DNA from: a virus
Taxonomy: Duplodnaviria; Caudoviricetes
Strand: one strand, 5' to 3'
IMG/VR virus record: IMGVR_UViG_3300014208_001446
Coordinates: 1 to 37,166 of that record
DNA: 37,166 bases
This document shows positions 35,445 to 37,166 of the stretch, piece after piece. Position numbers and translations under genes: made by a program. The notes beneath the pieces were generated by a model. The model saw only the letters and a program-made list of their open reading frames with translations. It had not been told where the DNA came from and made no database searches. Within the stretch, counting starts at the first letter, position 1. Each line of letters opens with the position of its first letter.

Positions 35445-37166
35445 ATGAAAAAAGTATTCACCTTAATAACAGCTGTATGCCTAATATTTATTCAGGCTCG
35501 AGCTCAACAAATACAAACTGGTCTGATTGGATATTGGCAATTGGATAGCAATTTCAATGATCTATCCGGCTTAGGTAATAATGGCACTTCTGTAGGGTCA
35601 CCTGTTATTGGTCCTGATGTAAATGGTACTGCAAATAGGGCTTTAACGTTTAATGGTACAAGCCAATACATTAAAGTTGGGGATATTCTGGATTCAGTTT
35701 TTGCAAAATCACCAAAGGCGACATTTTCTATTTCTTTCTGGGCAAAAACAAATCAATTATCGGCGACCCAAGGAGATAATGTCATTATTGCAAAATCCGG
35801 AGCAGGATCCAGCGGTCCTTATCAGTGGTATATGTTACATGAAAATAACGGGAATATTGTTGCTCTTATTGCTTATTCAACTACGGCATCAACGAACTTT
35901 TATGAAGTAAAATCACAATCAACTGTGAACACTAATCAATGGTTTCATGCTGTATTAACTTACGATGGTAATCAGTTGAACAATGCGGACCGAATCAAGA
36001 TTTATGTCAATAAGCAAGCTGGAGTATTCTCAAGAAGTGCTGGAGCTGGAGGAACAACAACCATTAATACAACGCAAGAGATAACAATAGGGGGAACATA
36101 CTTATCCGGAAATCCAGTGAATGGTTATGAAGGAACAATTGATGAAATTAGAATTTATAACCGTGTATTGAACATGGCGGATATAGATTCATTAAATAGT
36201 TATAAGATTAGCGTACCACCACCTCCACCGTCTCCACCAGTAGGACTTGTGGCATATTGGCCATTGGATAGTAATGTCAAGGATTATTCAGGTTTCAATT
36301 TTGATGGTACTAAAATAAATGGACCTGTTGTCGAAAGTGATGTAAATGGAAACATGGGATCACATGCATTTAATGGTACTACTCAATACATCAAATATGG
36401 TGATATTTTGGATTCAGTATTTGCCAAAACTCCGAATGCTAAATTCTCGATCTCATTCTGGGCAAATACACTTCAGTACTCATCAACACAGGGTGACAAC
36501 GTGATTATAGCCAAATCGGGGGCAGGATCTTCAGGACCATATCAATGGTATGTATCACATGAGAAAGACAGTTCAGTAGTTGTCCTTATTTCATATGCAA
36601 CACTCGCTGGTGTAAATTATTACGAAGTTAAATCGCCAACAAAAGTCCCAATAAACGAGTGGTTTCATGGAGTCATTACCTATGATGGTTCACTGGACTC
36701 CAATGCCGACAGACTTAAAATATTTATCAACAAACAACCCGGTATCTATTCCCGAAGTTTGGGATCCGGAGGGACCACAACTATTAACAGTGTACAAGAA
36801 GTAACGATTGGAGGAACGTACTCTTCCGGTAATCCAACAAATGGATATCAGGGACGAATTGATGAAGTAAGATTATATGATATAGTTTTGGGATCGACAG
36901 CTATCGATACACTTTACATGTATAAAAAACCAGTATCGCCGCTTCCTCCTCCAATGGGTCTTGTGGCATACTGGCCGCTCGACAGCAATACCAATGATCT
37001 TTCAGGCAATGGATATCATGGAACCAATGTGGGTTCTCCTGTTGCAGTTTCAGATGTAAATGGCAACCTGGCAAAGGCTTACAGTTTTAACGGAACCAGT
37101 CAGTATATCAAATGTGGAGATATCCTGGATTCGCTCTTTTCCAGAAACCCGTCAACACGATTCTCA
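35445..37166 (+). CDS. Secreted LamG/concanavalin-like repeat protein (host, 3' partial)
   Basis: MKKVFTLITAVCLIFIQARA-Q signal peptide; in-frame repeats starting at 35517, 36240 and 36954 (GL.(G/A)YW.LD...FNGT.QY...IDE.R.Y) with Pro linkers; TATATTTG box at 35419-35426. Confidence 0.85.
   Translation, partial: MKKVFTLITAVCLIFIQARAQQIQTGLIGYWQLDSNFNDLSGLGNNGTSVGSPVIGPDVNGTANRALTFNGTSQYIKVGDILDSVFAKSPKATFSISFWAKTNQLSATQGDNVIIAKSGAGSSGPYQWYMLHENNGNIVALIAYSTTASTNFYEVKSQSTVNTNQWFHAVLTYDGNQLNNADRIKIYVNKQAGVFSRSAGAGGTTTINTTQEITIGGTYLSGNPVNGYEGTIDEIRIYNRVLNMADIDSLNSYKISVPPPPPSPPVGLVAYWPLDSNVKDYSGFNFDGTKINGPVVESDVNGNMGSHAFNGTTQYIKYGDILDSVFAKTPNAKFSISFWANTLQYSSTQGDNVIIAKSGAGSSGPYQWYVSHEKDSSVVVLISYATLAGVNYYEVKSPTKVPINEWFHGVITYDGSLDSNADRLKIFINKQPGIYSRSLGSGGTTTINSVQEVTIGGTYSSGNPTNGYQGRIDEVRLYDIVLGSTAIDTLYMYKKPVSPLPPPMGLVAYWPLDSNTNDLSGNGYHGTNVGSPVAVSDVNGNLAKAYSFNGTSQYIKCGDILDSLFSRNPSTRFS

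Noticed and set aside
35653-35910. 85-aa ORF
   Set aside because: Out-of-frame shadow within the LamG-repeat gene

Overview
Bacteroidota chromosomal window: host thyA and tmRNA (ssrA), then an apparently complete ~33.9 kb temperate siphovirus-like prophage integrated at the tmRNA 3' end (15-bp att core ACCCGCCATCTCCAC at 1241-1255 and 35152-35166), then a partial host gene for a secreted LamG-repeat protein. The prophage has integrase, lysis, tail, HK97-type head/packaging, replication, C5 methyltransferase and CI/Cro modules. The main finding is a diversity-generating retroelement (DGR) in the early leftward operon. It has an RT (GLPIGNYLSQ, YLDD), a 72-bp template repeat enclosed by a long-range stem, no recognisable avd but a small RT-coupled gene, and three tandem small, apparently non-structural paralogous targets whose variable repeats differ from the TR almost only at adenines. 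Two of these otherwise divergent genes carry an identical VR. An initiator-type tRNA-Met and a tRNA-like element lie directly upstream of the targets. All calls come from manual reading; no database searches were run.
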